Assembly: GCA_029775855.1 (NCBI GenBank)
Contig: JARVJZ010000001.1
Coordinates: forward strand, 256,001-320,000
From: Nitrososphaeria archaeon
GTDB lineage: Archaea; Thermoproteota; Nitrososphaeria; Nitrososphaerales; JAAOZN01
Reading direction: 5' to 3'
Length of the DNA: 64,000 nucleotides
Part shown: positions 48,771 through 58,976 of the stretch, piece by piece
How positions within the stretch are numbered: position 1 is the stretch's first letter
Layout: every line of letters begins with the position of its first letter
Notes under the pieces: model-generated
What the model was told of the DNA's origin: nothing
The model's database searches: none
What the model saw: the letters and a program-made list of their open reading frames with translations, nothing else
Program-made: the position numbers and the translations under genes

Positions 48771-49544
48771 TTATTCTAATCCTTCTTTAGGTCGAGTTGA
48801 AGCGATCTTCGCTGAGCTAAGGTAAAACGATTCAAGAGCATAATCTGTAAGCTCTTCGCCTTTAAAGTCAATTAATATGTTTCTCTTTTCGAGCTCAACC
48901 CTAAATCTTTCAAAGAACTTTGCGTAAGGCGCGACCGCAACATGCATAAACTTTGTAAAGGGCATCGCTAAGAGCGAAGCCGCTACAGCAATAAGATGCA
49001 GCACATAAATAGTAAAGTCCATAGAGAAGGCTGGCTCCACAGCACCGTAATACTTCATTAGAAAACCTGTTCCAACAGCTGCACATAATAAAGCTAGGAA
49101 TGGGCCGTCAGCGTAAGGGCTTGTCGTCTCACGCTTACCTTGTAGAAAACGTATTAACGCCAGAAGCCCACCTACAAGCACAGCAACTACACCCATAGTA
49201 TTTAGAGACCAAAGAAGGTCTGTAGGTGGTGTTGTGCTGACCTCAGGTCCAAATCCATACATAATTAATGCCGCTATGAAGATTGCTACTGAACCCCAGA
49301 ATATGAGCATATGCTTAAGCCATCTAAGTTTATGGGTTGAGAAGAGAGGCGTTAAAAGGAAGACGTCGAGCACCAATGTTTGGAAGAAGACTTTCACTTT
49401 TAGGCTGAAGCTTAGTTTTTCTATTTCATCCATCATACGTTCAGGAATAGCGTTTCTATGCAACCTATCTATTCTGTAAATCAACCATAAACCAATTATG
49501 ATTGTTAAGAACACGCCTTCCCTGCAGACCAAGCCATTCATCAC
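48771..49544 (-). CDS. NarI/HdrE/QmoC-like membrane cytochrome b
   Basis: ~5 TM helices, RWLKHMLIFWG, VLHLI, PFTKFMH (candidate heme His). Confidence 0.65.
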   Translation of the reverse strand: MMNGLVCREGVFLTIIIGLWLIYRIDRLHRNAIPERMMDEIEKLSFSLKVKVFFQTLVLDVFLLTPLFSTHKLRWLKHMLIFWGSVAIFIAALIMYGFGPEVSTTPPTDLLWSLNTMGVVAVLVGGLLALIRFLQGKRETTSPYADGPFLALLCAAVGTGFLMKYYGAVEPAFSMDFTIYVLHLIAVAASLLAMPFTKFMHVAVAPYAKFFERFRVELEKRNILIDFKGEELTDYALESFYLSSAKIASTRPKEGLE

Positions 49545-49733
49545 AGCTTAAATCTCCTATAAAAGAGTTTTGGCTTAGTAAAAATTGATACATAATATTC
49601 TTCGTAGATTGTATTGGTTATATTGGTGTGTATATTGTAGTATTTTTGAATGTTCTGATATGAATTGACATCCAAGACTAAAAGCAAAAATGTTATATGC
49701 AGAATTTGTAAGAGTAATAAGTTCGGATAGAAT

Positions 49734-50222
49734 ATGTCAGATAGAAACGATGCTTCTGAAGATTTTAAAACTTCACGCAGAAATGCTATAAAAGGTATGC
49801 TAACCATCTCAGGTTTATCCCTACTTAGCGTACTTAGCTTCGGAAGCTATATAGCAAAAGAAAGAAAAGTTGTTTATGAAAAGATCAGAATCGCAAACAT
49901 AAAAGATGTCCCTAAAGGCACAGCTTACACATTCAACTATCCGTTCAGCGACCTAAATCAAGTAGATATATCAGGGCCTTGCATGTTAATTCACCTACCT
50001 AATGGTGAGTTGAAGGCATATTCATCAATATGCACACATCTCCGTTGCATAGTAAGATATAGTGAAGAAAATAATATCATACAATGCTTATGCCACGGTG
50101 GGAAATTTGATCCCCAGACTGGCTCAGTCCTCTCAGGTCCTCCAAAAAGACCTTTGCCAGAGGTTAACTTGATTGTGGATTCTAACGGCGACGTATATGC
50201 TACTGGTGTAAAAATATTGTAG
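49734..50222 (+). CDS. membrane-anchored Rieske [2Fe-2S] protein (copy 2), Rieske/cytb complex
   Basis: SRRNAIK Tat + TM, CTHLRC...CLCHGGKF; directly upstream of cytochrome b. Confidence 0.9.
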   Translation: MSDRNDASEDFKTSRRNAIKGMLTISGLSLLSVLSFGSYIAKERKVVYEKIRIANIKDVPKGTAYTFNYPFSDLNQVDISGPCMLIHLPNGELKAYSSICTHLRCIVRYSEENNIIQCLCHGGKFDPQTGSVLSGPPKRPLPEVNLIVDSNGDVYATGVKIL

Positions 50223-50235
50223 AAGGTGTGTTGGA

Positions 50236-51624
50236 TTGAGTGAAGAGGAGAAGGGTGTTAAAGGGTGGTTTGATCTTCGTCTCCGTCTTAGAAACTTCTT
50301 AGACCGTGATACGCCTAAGTATTCTACTAACCCACTTTACGGCTTAGGCGGCTTAGCCTTAGCTTGTGGAATAATAGTGATAATCACAGGTTGGCTCTTA
50401 TCAATCTATTATGAGCCGTCTCTAGAACACGCTTTCGAGAGTGTCAGAAGAATATCAGAAGAGATTCCTTATGGTAGTGTTATACGCTCTATACATAGAT
50501 ATGGAGCTGATCTTATCATCATATTTGCTATAATGCACTTCCTACGCGTCTTCTTCACAGCCTCCTATAGAAAGCCTAGGGACTTAACCTACATCATAGG
50601 GATCTTAGCCGGTATAGCTATTGTGTTAACATCTTATGCTGGGTACTCTCTTCCATTGAACGAAGTTTCAGTTGCTGCAACATATATAGGTGTAGGTCTA
50701 ATACTGTCTATACCATTTATCGGTAATTGGCTTACGTCAGTCCTTCTTGGAGGTGGCGGATTAAATGACATATTAAGTAGATACTACACCTACCACCTGG
50801 CGGTACTCCCAGCGGTAATTGTGCTCTTGCTTCTAATACACTTCTACCTAGTAAGAACACATCGAGTCTCTGAACCGTATAGCAGCAAACAAGACACAAC
50901 ACCAGTACCGTTCTACCCTAATTTACTCCTAACCGAGATTTCAGCAATATTTCTACTTGTAGGCATATTGATTGTGGTAAGCAGCATCTTCCCAGTACCA
51001 GTAGGAGAAAGGTTTGACCCAACAAAGCCTACAGGTATAATAGAGCCAGAATGGTATCTACTAGCTACTTATGCGCTGATAAAGACTGGACTACCAGTAT
51101 TTGAGTCAGGAATTTTATTCACAGCAGCTATATTACTCATCCTCATCTGCATCCCGTTTATAGATATCGGAGGAAATAGGCATCCTAAGTACAGACCTTT
51201 CTACACAGCATTAGGTATAACTCTAGCTCTTGAGTTCCTAATATTTACAATCTGGGGGTATGTTACGCCGGGTCAAACAATACCGTTAAGCGGCGCAATA
51301 ACAGTAGGCGTCGGGGTGGCTGCAGCAGTTTTCATAGCGTCTCTTATCTTAAGATATAGGGTACCTATGAGCAGCGTTGAGGCAGAGGTAACTCTACCCA
51401 TAACCTCTTCAAGCAGCAATTCTACACCAAGTTGGATTACACCCACAGCCGCTTTGCTAACCGCTGTAAGCATAATACTAGCTGCGGCGGCAGTCTATTA
51501 CCACGTGTCTGGACTTTGGTTGAATACAGCGCTGCTAGTGGGCTTAGATTTCATAGTCTTCTCAGCTTTCCTCTACATCTATAGAGCAGCCTACTACCCC
51601 TACGTAAGCAGAAGAATTGGCTGA
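50236..51624 (+). CDS. cytochrome b (fused b6+subunit IV type) of Rieske/cytb complex
   Basis: RSIHRYGA...MHFLR, YHL...IHF heme His pairs, PFYP, PEWY. Confidence 0.92.
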   Translation: MSEEEKGVKGWFDLRLRLRNFLDRDTPKYSTNPLYGLGGLALACGIIVIITGWLLSIYYEPSLEHAFESVRRISEEIPYGSVIRSIHRYGADLIIIFAIMHFLRVFFTASYRKPRDLTYIIGILAGIAIVLTSYAGYSLPLNEVSVAATYIGVGLILSIPFIGNWLTSVLLGGGGLNDILSRYYTYHLAVLPAVIVLLLLIHFYLVRTHRVSEPYSSKQDTTPVPFYPNLLLTEISAIFLLVGILIVVSSIFPVPVGERFDPTKPTGIIEPEWYLLATYALIKTGLPVFESGILFTAAILLILICIPFIDIGGNRHPKYRPFYTALGITLALEFLIFTIWGYVTPGQTIPLSGAITVGVGVAAAVFIASLILRYRVPMSSVEAEVTLPITSSSSNSTPSWITPTAALLTAVSIILAAAAVYYHVSGLWLNTALLVGLDFIVFSAFLYIYRAAYYPYVSRRIG

Positions 51625-53199
51625 CTATATCTCACCCTTCTTTACATCCTCTAATATAACCTTTACAGCGTTGTGCCCAGGTGCTCCGCTTACACCTCCT
51701 CCTGGATGGGTTGAAGCGCTGCACATGTAGAGACCTTTGATGGGTGTGCGGTAGTTTGACCATCCTGGGAAGGGGCGTAGAGCCATAGATTGATCAAGAG
51801 TTGCGCTTCCTATGCATGGGTCGCCGAGGATTATGTTTGGGGCTATGTTCTGAATGTCTTCTGGTGAGTGAACTACTCTCTTTAGTATGATGTTTTTGAT
51901 GTTTGGTGCGTATTCTGAGATTACATCTATGGCCCTATCTGCAAACCTTTCTTTTACTTCGCTCCACTCGCCTCGAGCTAGTTTCGCTGGCGCTCTCACG
52001 AAAGCCCAAAGAATGTGCTTCCCTTGAGGTGCCCTTGACGGATCATATACGGTTGTGTTATCTATAGTTATAAATGGGCGCTTAGGCGGAATACCGTTAC
52101 TACATTGATTATATGCCTCTGAAATGTAGCGAAGCGATGGCCCTAACTGAACTATTCCAGCCTTCTGTAAATCTTTTGGCTTGTAATCGAGCCAAGCATC
52201 TAGCGCTGCGTGCACCATAACCTCTGTAACTCTAGCGTATCTAAAGCGCTCAACTTTTTTAATAAAGCTCGGTTCAAGATGCTCTTTACCTACTAAGTTA
52301 AAGAATAGGGTCTTAGGTTCAACGTTAGATAAGATGCCACGTTTAGCCTCGATCTCCTGTCCGTTCCTTAGCTTTACACCTTTAGCCGCGGCGTCTTTAA
52401 CCACTATCTCAATGACTTCAGCGTTCTTAGCGATAATACCACCATGAGCTTGGAAGCATAGAGCTAACGCATCTGCTAAAGTTTTGATTCCGCCAACAGG
52501 TATGCCGCAACCCTTTTCTTGTAGAAGCCCATAGAAGACCAAGATTATAGGCACACTACCACTGTCTTCAGGAGCGTAAGGCACGTGATTGCAAGCCCAT
52601 AGAGCTAGAAAAGCCTTAACTTCTTCAGACTCAAAATTCTCATCCAGATAATCTCTTGCAGACATGAACATGAGCCTTATGAATTCTCTTCCCTCTTCAC
52701 TTTCTTCTAGAAGCGTCATAAGCGTGCCTAAAGGCAAAGGAGGGCCATAGAGACCACTAAGGAGCGTGTCCTTGCTATTCAAGTAGAAGTTATAAAGATC
52801 CTCAAGCGCTTTTGCATCCTTCTTAGAATAGCGTTCAACTGTTTTGTAAGTCAGCTTTGGATCCTTATAGATCATTATGGCTGAGCCGCCCTTAAAAGGT
52901 GTTCCAGCAACAGGCTCAGGGTTCAACTCTCTGTAGCCAAATCTTTCGAGCTCGAGTTCCTGCTGTATAGGTCCCGCCTTAAAGATGTTGATAGAGGTTG
53001 CTAAAACGTCGTGCTTGAAACCTGGTAGTGTAATTTCTTCAGTTATTGCGCCTCCTCCAACCGCATCCTTCTTCTCCAAAAGTAGTGTTTTAAAGCCAGC
53101 CTTAGCCAAGTAGCAAGCCGCTGTTAAACCGTTAATGCCTCCTCCTATTACTATGAAGTCAAATAAAGCTGCAGAAGCCATAAACTTCAACACCTTCAA
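51625..53199 (-). CDS. phytoene-desaturase-like FAD oxidoreductase
   Basis: IGGGINGL, GG...TEE.TLPGF.HD, DPSRAP.GKH, RTPIKGLYMC.ASTHPGGGVSG.PG. Confidence 0.85.
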   Translation of the reverse strand: MKVLKFMASAALFDFIVIGGGINGLTAACYLAKAGFKTLLLEKKDAVGGGAITEEITLPGFKHDVLATSINIFKAGPIQQELELERFGYRELNPEPVAGTPFKGGSAIMIYKDPKLTYKTVERYSKKDAKALEDLYNFYLNSKDTLLSGLYGPPLPLGTLMTLLEESEEGREFIRLMFMSARDYLDENFESEEVKAFLALWACNHVPYAPEDSGSVPIILVFYGLLQEKGCGIPVGGIKTLADALALCFQAHGGIIAKNAEVIEIVVKDAAAKGVKLRNGQEIEAKRGILSNVEPKTLFFNLVGKEHLEPSFIKKVERFRYARVTEVMVHAALDAWLDYKPKDLQKAGIVQLGPSLRYISEAYNQCSNGIPPKRPFITIDNTTVYDPSRAPQGKHILWAFVRAPAKLARGEWSEVKERFADRAIDVISEYAPNIKNIILKRVVHSPEDIQNIAPNIILGDPCIGSATLDQSMALRPFPGWSNYRTPIKGLYMCSASTHPGGGVSGAPGHNAVKVILEDVKKGEI

Positions 53200-53252
53200 A
53201 TTACTATATTAATTTTACGAGTCTCAATTAAGCTCTAAACTACATAAGGAAC

Positions 53253-53283
53253 AAAAAGAGAAAAGGTGGAGAGAGACTCCACC
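53253..53283 (-). terminator. hairpin plus U-tract terminator after the SBP gene
   Basis: Minus strand GGTGGAG-TCTCT-CTCCACC followed by TTTTCTCTTTTT. Confidence 0.6.
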
Positions 53284-53293
53284 GCTGAGTAAT

Positions 53294-54745
53294 CTACTCA
53301 AAAGGCGCTGGATAGACGTGCCTACCCGTCCTTATCTCAGGAGGCCAGAGTATGACCCGTTTACCATTCTGCCACTGCACAGGGAAGGCCCTTATCAACC
53401 CAGCACCAACAGCTTTGTATTGTGGATCGTCAAGGAACCATGGGCCTGGTTCGTGCCAAGCTCTATGTGGACCTGCGATAGTCAGTATATGCATCTCGTC
53501 AAGCGCCTTCCTTATCTTCTCCTTGTCAAGTGAGCCAGCTATTTCAATAGCCTTAGCAGCCATCTCCAAGCCGAAGAAAGCGATAGTAACCCAGGGCCAG
53601 TCAAAGTCTGTGTACCCCGCCTCTTTTTGAACCTGCTCGTAGAACCGTTTACTCCAGACTCCTTGATACGGTAGCTCTTCGTGCCAATAGAGGTCTGCTG
53701 TTATCCAGTTTTCAAGCCCACCCATAGCTTTAGCTACAGGTCCTAAGGCTCCAAAGCAGGGATGGAAGTCTTTGGGTTTGAATCCTAATGCTCTAGCTTG
53801 CTTCCAGAATGTAGCTTGAAGTATCCCTGTTGGGTCGCACATCGAGACAACATCTGGGTTCCACTCTTTTAGTTTGGTTATTATTGGTGTGAAGTCTGTT
53901 GTTTCAAAGGTGTACTTTAGCTGCCCGAGTACATTGAAGCCCATTCTCGAGGCTATCTCCATTCCACCGCCATTAACTTCGTTTCCGAATGGTTCGTCGC
54001 TGTTTATGAAAGCAATGCTCTTTGCTTTTCCTTCATCCTTTAACATCTCAAGGTAGTTGAGAAGCCATTTAGGCATTATATCAAGAGAACCAAAGACCCA
54101 TTTCTTATTGAATATAGGTACCTCGGCAGCCTGTAAGTCTATTTCAGGCACACCGTATCTTTCACAGATCGTTGCAGCTGGGAAGGCGTTTACAGCAGTC
54201 ATCGGCCCCATGGCTATATCTATCTTATCTTCGGTGCATAGCTTAGTGTAATATTTCTCGACCGTGGGTGGATCACTCTTGTCGTCGTACCATATCACTT
54301 GCACAGGTAGATGCCTACCATACTCCTCTACATATATGCCACCATATTTTTCGTTAACCAACTTGGCCCAAGCATCATACATCTTACCCTGTACACCAGT
54401 AGAAGATGAGAAGATTCCTGTGACACAGACCGTACCACCTATCTTTATCACTCTTGGCGCTGCTTCTATGCGCGCAGCAGTAACTGTTTGTGTGACTGTG
54501 GTTGCTGGTGCGGTTACTGTGGTGGTTACGGTTTGAGGTGCCGCTGTGGCTGCTGTAACTGTTGTTGTTTTTGTTTCTGTAACGGTGGCTGGTGGTGCAG
54601 CTGATTGACCAGCCAGATATCCTCCTACTGCGCCAACTACAAGTCCTCCTACTATGCCTCCCGCTGCAGCCGCTGTTGAGACGCCGAGAAACTTTCTGCG
54701 TGAGATCTTGTGTTTTTCCTCAAGCTCATCTTTCTTGCTAGGCAT
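53294..54745 (-). CDS. Tat-exported Liv-family ABC substrate-binding protein
   Basis: SRRKFL Tat + TM, Thr-rich linker, IKIGG, VN..GGI, YDDKSDP, QWQNGK. Confidence 0.88.
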   Translation of the reverse strand: MPSKKDELEEKHKISRRKFLGVSTAAAAGGIVGGLVVGAVGGYLAGQSAAPPATVTETKTTTVTAATAAPQTVTTTVTAPATTVTQTVTAARIEAAPRVIKIGGTVCVTGIFSSSTGVQGKMYDAWAKLVNEKYGGIYVEEYGRHLPVQVIWYDDKSDPPTVEKYYTKLCTEDKIDIAMGPMTAVNAFPAATICERYGVPEIDLQAAEVPIFNKKWVFGSLDIMPKWLLNYLEMLKDEGKAKSIAFINSDEPFGNEVNGGGMEIASRMGFNVLGQLKYTFETTDFTPIITKLKEWNPDVVSMCDPTGILQATFWKQARALGFKPKDFHPCFGALGPVAKAMGGLENWITADLYWHEELPYQGVWSKRFYEQVQKEAGYTDFDWPWVTIAFFGLEMAAKAIEIAGSLDKEKIRKALDEMHILTIAGPHRAWHEPGPWFLDDPQYKAVGAGLIRAFPVQWQNGKRVILWPPEIRTGRHVYPAPFE

Positions 54746-54927
54746 ACCTTTATTCGTATCTTGATACTATATATAAACTTACCGTCAAATCGAATAAAGT
54801 TAATGAAAGTTAAGATAACAACCGATTTTCCGTAAATAAATTAAGCGCGAATGCATAAATTTGTTAAATATGTAAAGCGTCGCAGAGCATCAGTTTTTAA
54901 AGAGCCTTTTAACCATACTGTATAGGT

Positions 54928-56685
54928 TTGGTTAAAGAGTTCTACGGATTACGTAGGTTTGCTGCATATTTGCTCTACATAGGGTTTGGAGCTTTTTCAA
55001 CACTCTTCGTTCTAAGTATAATCGCCGCTCTCGCAAACATTCCAAACTATGGAGCAAAGCTAGCGGGACAGAACTGTGCTTGTAGAGTTCCTAATGAGCT
55101 TATTGTGTATATTGATGTTGGAGGGTTGATGCTTGGAGTAGGGTTACTTGTGCCAACACTCCTTTTCTCAGGCGCTACAATCTACCTTTTTGCTAGCCGA
55201 AGGCTCGAGTTGAGTAAGGAGTTCAAAAGATTTTTATCTGTAGGGGTACTCTTAGCCGCTCTAATTGCAGCCACACTGCTACTTACGACTTCTCCTCTAC
55301 CTGAGAAGGGTGAAGCAACGTTCAACTCTATAAACCCTTATCCGTTAACAGTAAGGCTGCTTAATGGCTCTACCCTTACTACAAACGCTTTAACTGGCAA
55401 GGTTGTTGTAGCTCAATTCTTTTTACCTGACTGTCCTATCTGCGAACTGCAGCTGCAGGAATTAAAGAAGATTGTTAATCAGAAAAGTGTGAATGCTGTG
55501 TTTATGCTTGTTGTACCTTCGTGGAGCCACGTTAGTTTGGATGAGTTGAAGATGTTCGCTCAAAATGTACCTGATAAAATTTTAGTTGGTTTTGATGTAG
55601 GTACATCTACAAAAGAATATGAAGTGGATGTTGTGCCTATTATGGTGGTTTTAAGCTCCGATAGGTCGATTGCCTTTATACATATAGGTCTTGCTAAAGA
55701 TGATGAATTGATGGATATGTTGTCAAAATTGGGCGCATTAAGGACCGATGTAAAAGAAGATTTGTTAGAAGAGGTTAAAGAAGGAGTGGTATATGTTTAT
55801 GTTGAAGATCATCTAGAGGTGCCGCTAATTCAACGTTTAGCAGAAGGCTTTAGACAAAAGTATCCTAATATAAGTGTAGTCATACTTTGGCCAAACTGCT
55901 GCGGCTCAGGTAAAACCTTGTGGCCGGTCGACATTATAACAGGTTCAAATATGAGCCTCTTGACGGAGTTAAAAACTATGGGTAAGCTGAGAGTGATCAA
56001 AGAGGCGCCTCTTGACTACTTTCCATCTTGGGCGAAAGATAATGAAGGCTTTTGGGTCGCTCAAGGCATAAAGGTAGATGTTCCAGCATATAATAGGGCT
56101 TTACTTGATAAGCCACCACATTCTTTCTTACATATGGTTCGGCTAAGTGATCTTACTGTACTAGGCAAGCCAGACTACAGCATCAGAAGTTCATCTTTTG
56201 TAGCGTTAACTCAACTCTATGGTATGGATTATTGGTTTAGCTATAGGAATTCATCGATGCTGGTGGTTCCTCTGCTTAGAGTAGCAGATATACTTGCTTC
56301 CGGGGATAGAGCGTTAACACCTTTTATTCCACTTTCTGAATATGTTAGGGCTAGAAGTTTAAACGAAAATGTGCTCTACTTTCTGCCAGAAGAAGGGATC
56401 TTCGTAAGATTAAGCTGGATAGCTTTAGCCGCAGATTCACCACATCCAAACACGGGTGAACTTTGGCTGCGCTATGTTTTATCATATGAGGGGCAAGTGA
56501 TGAGACAGAGTATCTACTTTGACCTATCAGCTAGGCTCGATGTTGGAAGTGAGCCCTACTTTGATGAGATTTTGAAGGCTGTGAAGAGCTATAATGTTGT
56601 TCAGCCTGAATGGTCTTCTTATTCTAGAGATTTAGAGAGATACTTGACGTTTTTTAACGAATTGTTTCCTACAAGTAATTCGTGA
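54928..56685 (+). CDS. membrane protein: TlpA-like thioredoxin domain fused to Fe/thiamine-type ABC substrate-binding domain
   Basis: ~3 TM, F..PDCPIC, cis-Pro-like VVP, then AYN, PEEG, SPHPN...WLRYVLS.EGQ. Confidence 0.65.
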   Translation: MVKEFYGLRRFAAYLLYIGFGAFSTLFVLSIIAALANIPNYGAKLAGQNCACRVPNELIVYIDVGGLMLGVGLLVPTLLFSGATIYLFASRRLELSKEFKRFLSVGVLLAALIAATLLLTTSPLPEKGEATFNSINPYPLTVRLLNGSTLTTNALTGKVVVAQFFLPDCPICELQLQELKKIVNQKSVNAVFMLVVPSWSHVSLDELKMFAQNVPDKILVGFDVGTSTKEYEVDVVPIMVVLSSDRSIAFIHIGLAKDDELMDMLSKLGALRTDVKEDLLEEVKEGVVYVYVEDHLEVPLIQRLAEGFRQKYPNISVVILWPNCCGSGKTLWPVDIITGSNMSLLTELKTMGKLRVIKEAPLDYFPSWAKDNEGFWVAQGIKVDVPAYNRALLDKPPHSFLHMVRLSDLTVLGKPDYSIRSSSFVALTQLYGMDYWFSYRNSSMLVVPLLRVADILASGDRALTPFIPLSEYVRARSLNENVLYFLPEEGIFVRLSWIALAADSPHPNTGELWLRYVLSYEGQVMRQSIYFDLSARLDVGSEPYFDEILKAVKSYNVVQPEWSSYSRDLERYLTFFNELFPTSNS

Positions 56686-56809
56686 AAATTTAACAATAAT
56701 TTTTTGGAAATATGAGTCTTAAATAAAGATACTAGAATAGATGACAAGTTGTGGAATTAAACGAAACTTTTAATATCTGTTTTAGGCGAGGTTTGTTAGT
56801 GAGCCTTCA

Positions 56810-57718
56810 GTGCAAGAGCATATAACCTTGATACTTGGGGGTCTTCTCTTAGGAGGCATTTATTCGATGATAGCTTTTGGTTTAACTCTCACATTCGGCG
56901 TATCAAGGATCCTTAACGTGGCTCACGGCGACTTCCTTATCTTAGGCAGCGTGATAGGATTGATGCTGCTTGATCTATTAGGGTTAAACCCGTTTCTTGG
57001 TCTTGCTATAATAGCGCCAATCTTTTTTGTAGTTGGTATGGCTTTCGATAGAGGTCTTATCAGAACCATTGTAACAAGAACAGCTGAAAAGGCTCTTGCA
57101 GCATCTATAGTAGTTACAGTAGGGCTTTCTATGGCCATAGAAGACTCTACAGCCTACTACCTGGGTCAAGCTGGAGGCTGGGCTGGCGGCTTAGGATACA
57201 TCTCCATACCCTATAATCTACCCGCAGTAGCATTATTCGGCTACTATCTACCAACCGTAAGACTACTAACACTCATCACTATTGTAGCTATAGCGCTTTT
57301 GTTGTGGATTATAATAACGAGAACTTACATCGGTAAAGTGATTAGAGCAACAATACAGGATAGAGAAACAGCTATGGCTCTGGGAGCTGACGTCGGTTTG
57401 ACATCGGCTATAACGTTAGGAATGGGTATAGCCTTAGCAGCTATAGCAGGAGTCTTCTACGCTATGATAACAAGTGTGTCACCATTCGCAGGTCTAGGTT
57501 TAACGGTCAAAGCGCTTACGATAGTAATATTGGGAGGCTTAGGCAGCCTCTTCGGCTCAATCTTAGGAGGACTTATAATAGGATTAATAGAATCCTACGT
57601 CTCATACTACGCAGGCACTATTTGGGCAGCGCCTATGTCGATCTTCATACTTATAGTGGTTTTGCTCGTGAGACCTAGAGGGCTATTTGGGCGAAGAGTT
57701 GAGGAGGTCAGAAAGTAA
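56810..57718 (+). CDS. livH: Liv-family ABC permease (LivH-like)
   Basis: GLTLTFG..RILNVAHG, GKVIRA, VILGGLGS, RPRGLFG. Confidence 0.88.
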   Translation: MQEHITLILGGLLLGGIYSMIAFGLTLTFGVSRILNVAHGDFLILGSVIGLMLLDLLGLNPFLGLAIIAPIFFVVGMAFDRGLIRTIVTRTAEKALAASIVVTVGLSMAIEDSTAYYLGQAGGWAGGLGYISIPYNLPAVALFGYYLPTVRLLTLITIVAIALLLWIIITRTYIGKVIRATIQDRETAMALGADVGLTSAITLGMGIALAAIAGVFYAMITSVSPFAGLGLTVKALTIVILGGLGSLFGSILGGLIIGLIESYVSYYAGTIWAAPMSIFILIVVLLVRPRGLFGRRVEEVRK

Positions 57719-58696
57719 ATGAAGACAAGTAGAAAAAAACTTTCGCTAAGGGCATTAATTCTTCTAGTTGTTACGCTGGCTATATTCGCTACGTTAGCGC
57801 CTATAATATCCCCATATCTTAGAGTTGTCTTTGTCTTTCTTTTCACATACATAATCTTAGCCGAAAGCTATGACGTGTTCAGCGGATACACAGGCTATTA
57901 CAATCTTGGACATGGCGCCTTCTTCGGATTGGGCGCATACATCTTTGGTGTGCTAGTGGGTGGAGTTAGAGGAGGCTATTCGCCCGTTCTAACAAATCCT
58001 TTACCTTTGCCTGTAGCAATAATAGCGGCAGTCGTAGCTGCAGTAGCCTTCGCAGCAGCCATAAGTGTACCATACTTCAGATTAAGAGGTGCATACTTCT
58101 CGGTAGCATCGCTCGGATTAGTGCTGCTGGTTTACTACCTAGCAAACAACCTACGCGCCTTCACAGGAGGACCTGAAGGACTCCACTTACCTGGACACGG
58201 TGAGATGTCTTCGCTTGAAGCCTACTACTTACTACTTCCCGCAGCTCTAGCTTCAATAGTTACGAACTATTTAGTATCTAAGAGTAGGCTTGGTTTAGCC
58301 CTCATCAGCATAAGAGAGGATGAAGATGTTGCTTTAGAATACGGAATAAACACATACAGGATAAAAACCTTAGCAATAATTATTAGTGCAGCCTTCTCAG
58401 GATATGCAGGAGCAGCCTTCGCTCACGCGATAGGCGTCGTTAATCCTACTGGTATGCTTGGGCTTGAAATAGCGTTGGCACCTGTAGTTATGACGCTCTT
58501 TGGCGGGATGGGTAGCTATATAGGTGCGCTTATCGGCGCAGTGACTTTAACAGTTATACAAGAAGCGCTTTATACTCAAATTGCATACTTCCACCTCTTT
58601 ACGTATGGGGTTCTCCTATTGATTGTAGGACTCTTGGCGCCAGGAGGCATAGTTAGGCTGGGAGTGTTAAAGAGAGTATTCAAGCCCCCTGAGTAA
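57719..58696 (+). CDS. livM: Liv-family ABC permease (LivM-like)
   Basis: GYTGYYNLGHGAFFG.GAY, RLRGAYF, TGGPEG, IREDE, PGGI. Confidence 0.88.
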   Translation: MKTSRKKLSLRALILLVVTLAIFATLAPIISPYLRVVFVFLFTYIILAESYDVFSGYTGYYNLGHGAFFGLGAYIFGVLVGGVRGGYSPVLTNPLPLPVAIIAAVVAAVAFAAAISVPYFRLRGAYFSVASLGLVLLVYYLANNLRAFTGGPEGLHLPGHGEMSSLEAYYLLLPAALASIVTNYLVSKSRLGLALISIREDEDVALEYGINTYRIKTLAIIISAAFSGYAGAAFAHAIGVVNPTGMLGLEIALAPVVMTLFGGMGSYIGALIGAVTLTVIQEALYTQIAYFHLFTYGVLLLIVGLLAPGGIVRLGVLKRVFKPPE

Positions 58697-58743
58697 GAGG
58701 TTAGTAAAGCAAATAAGTTAAGGTCCAGTATTAATATTCTGAT

Positions 58744-58974
58744 ATGAGCATTAGAGTGGATTACCACTGGCTAAGCCGAAATCCCTACGCCTTTAGGGAA
58801 TATGCTGGAATGTATATTGCTATTGTTGGCAGAGAAGTTGTTGGCTCAGGGGAGACCGCTGAAGAAGCATATAAGAAAGCATCAGAGAAATGCGAAGGCA
58901 AGACACCGGCGATAGGCTACGTTAGGAAAGGCGATGGTGGACTACATCTTCTCACTGGTCAAGCTGGGGGCTAA
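58744..58974 (+). CDS. small DUF5678-like protein
   Basis: YAGMYIAIVGREVVGSGET...AY..A pattern. Confidence 0.6.
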   Translation: MSIRVDYHWLSRNPYAFREYAGMYIAIVGREVVGSGETAEEAYKKASEKCEGKTPAIGYVRKGDGGLHLLTGQAGG

Positions 58975-58976
58975 AA

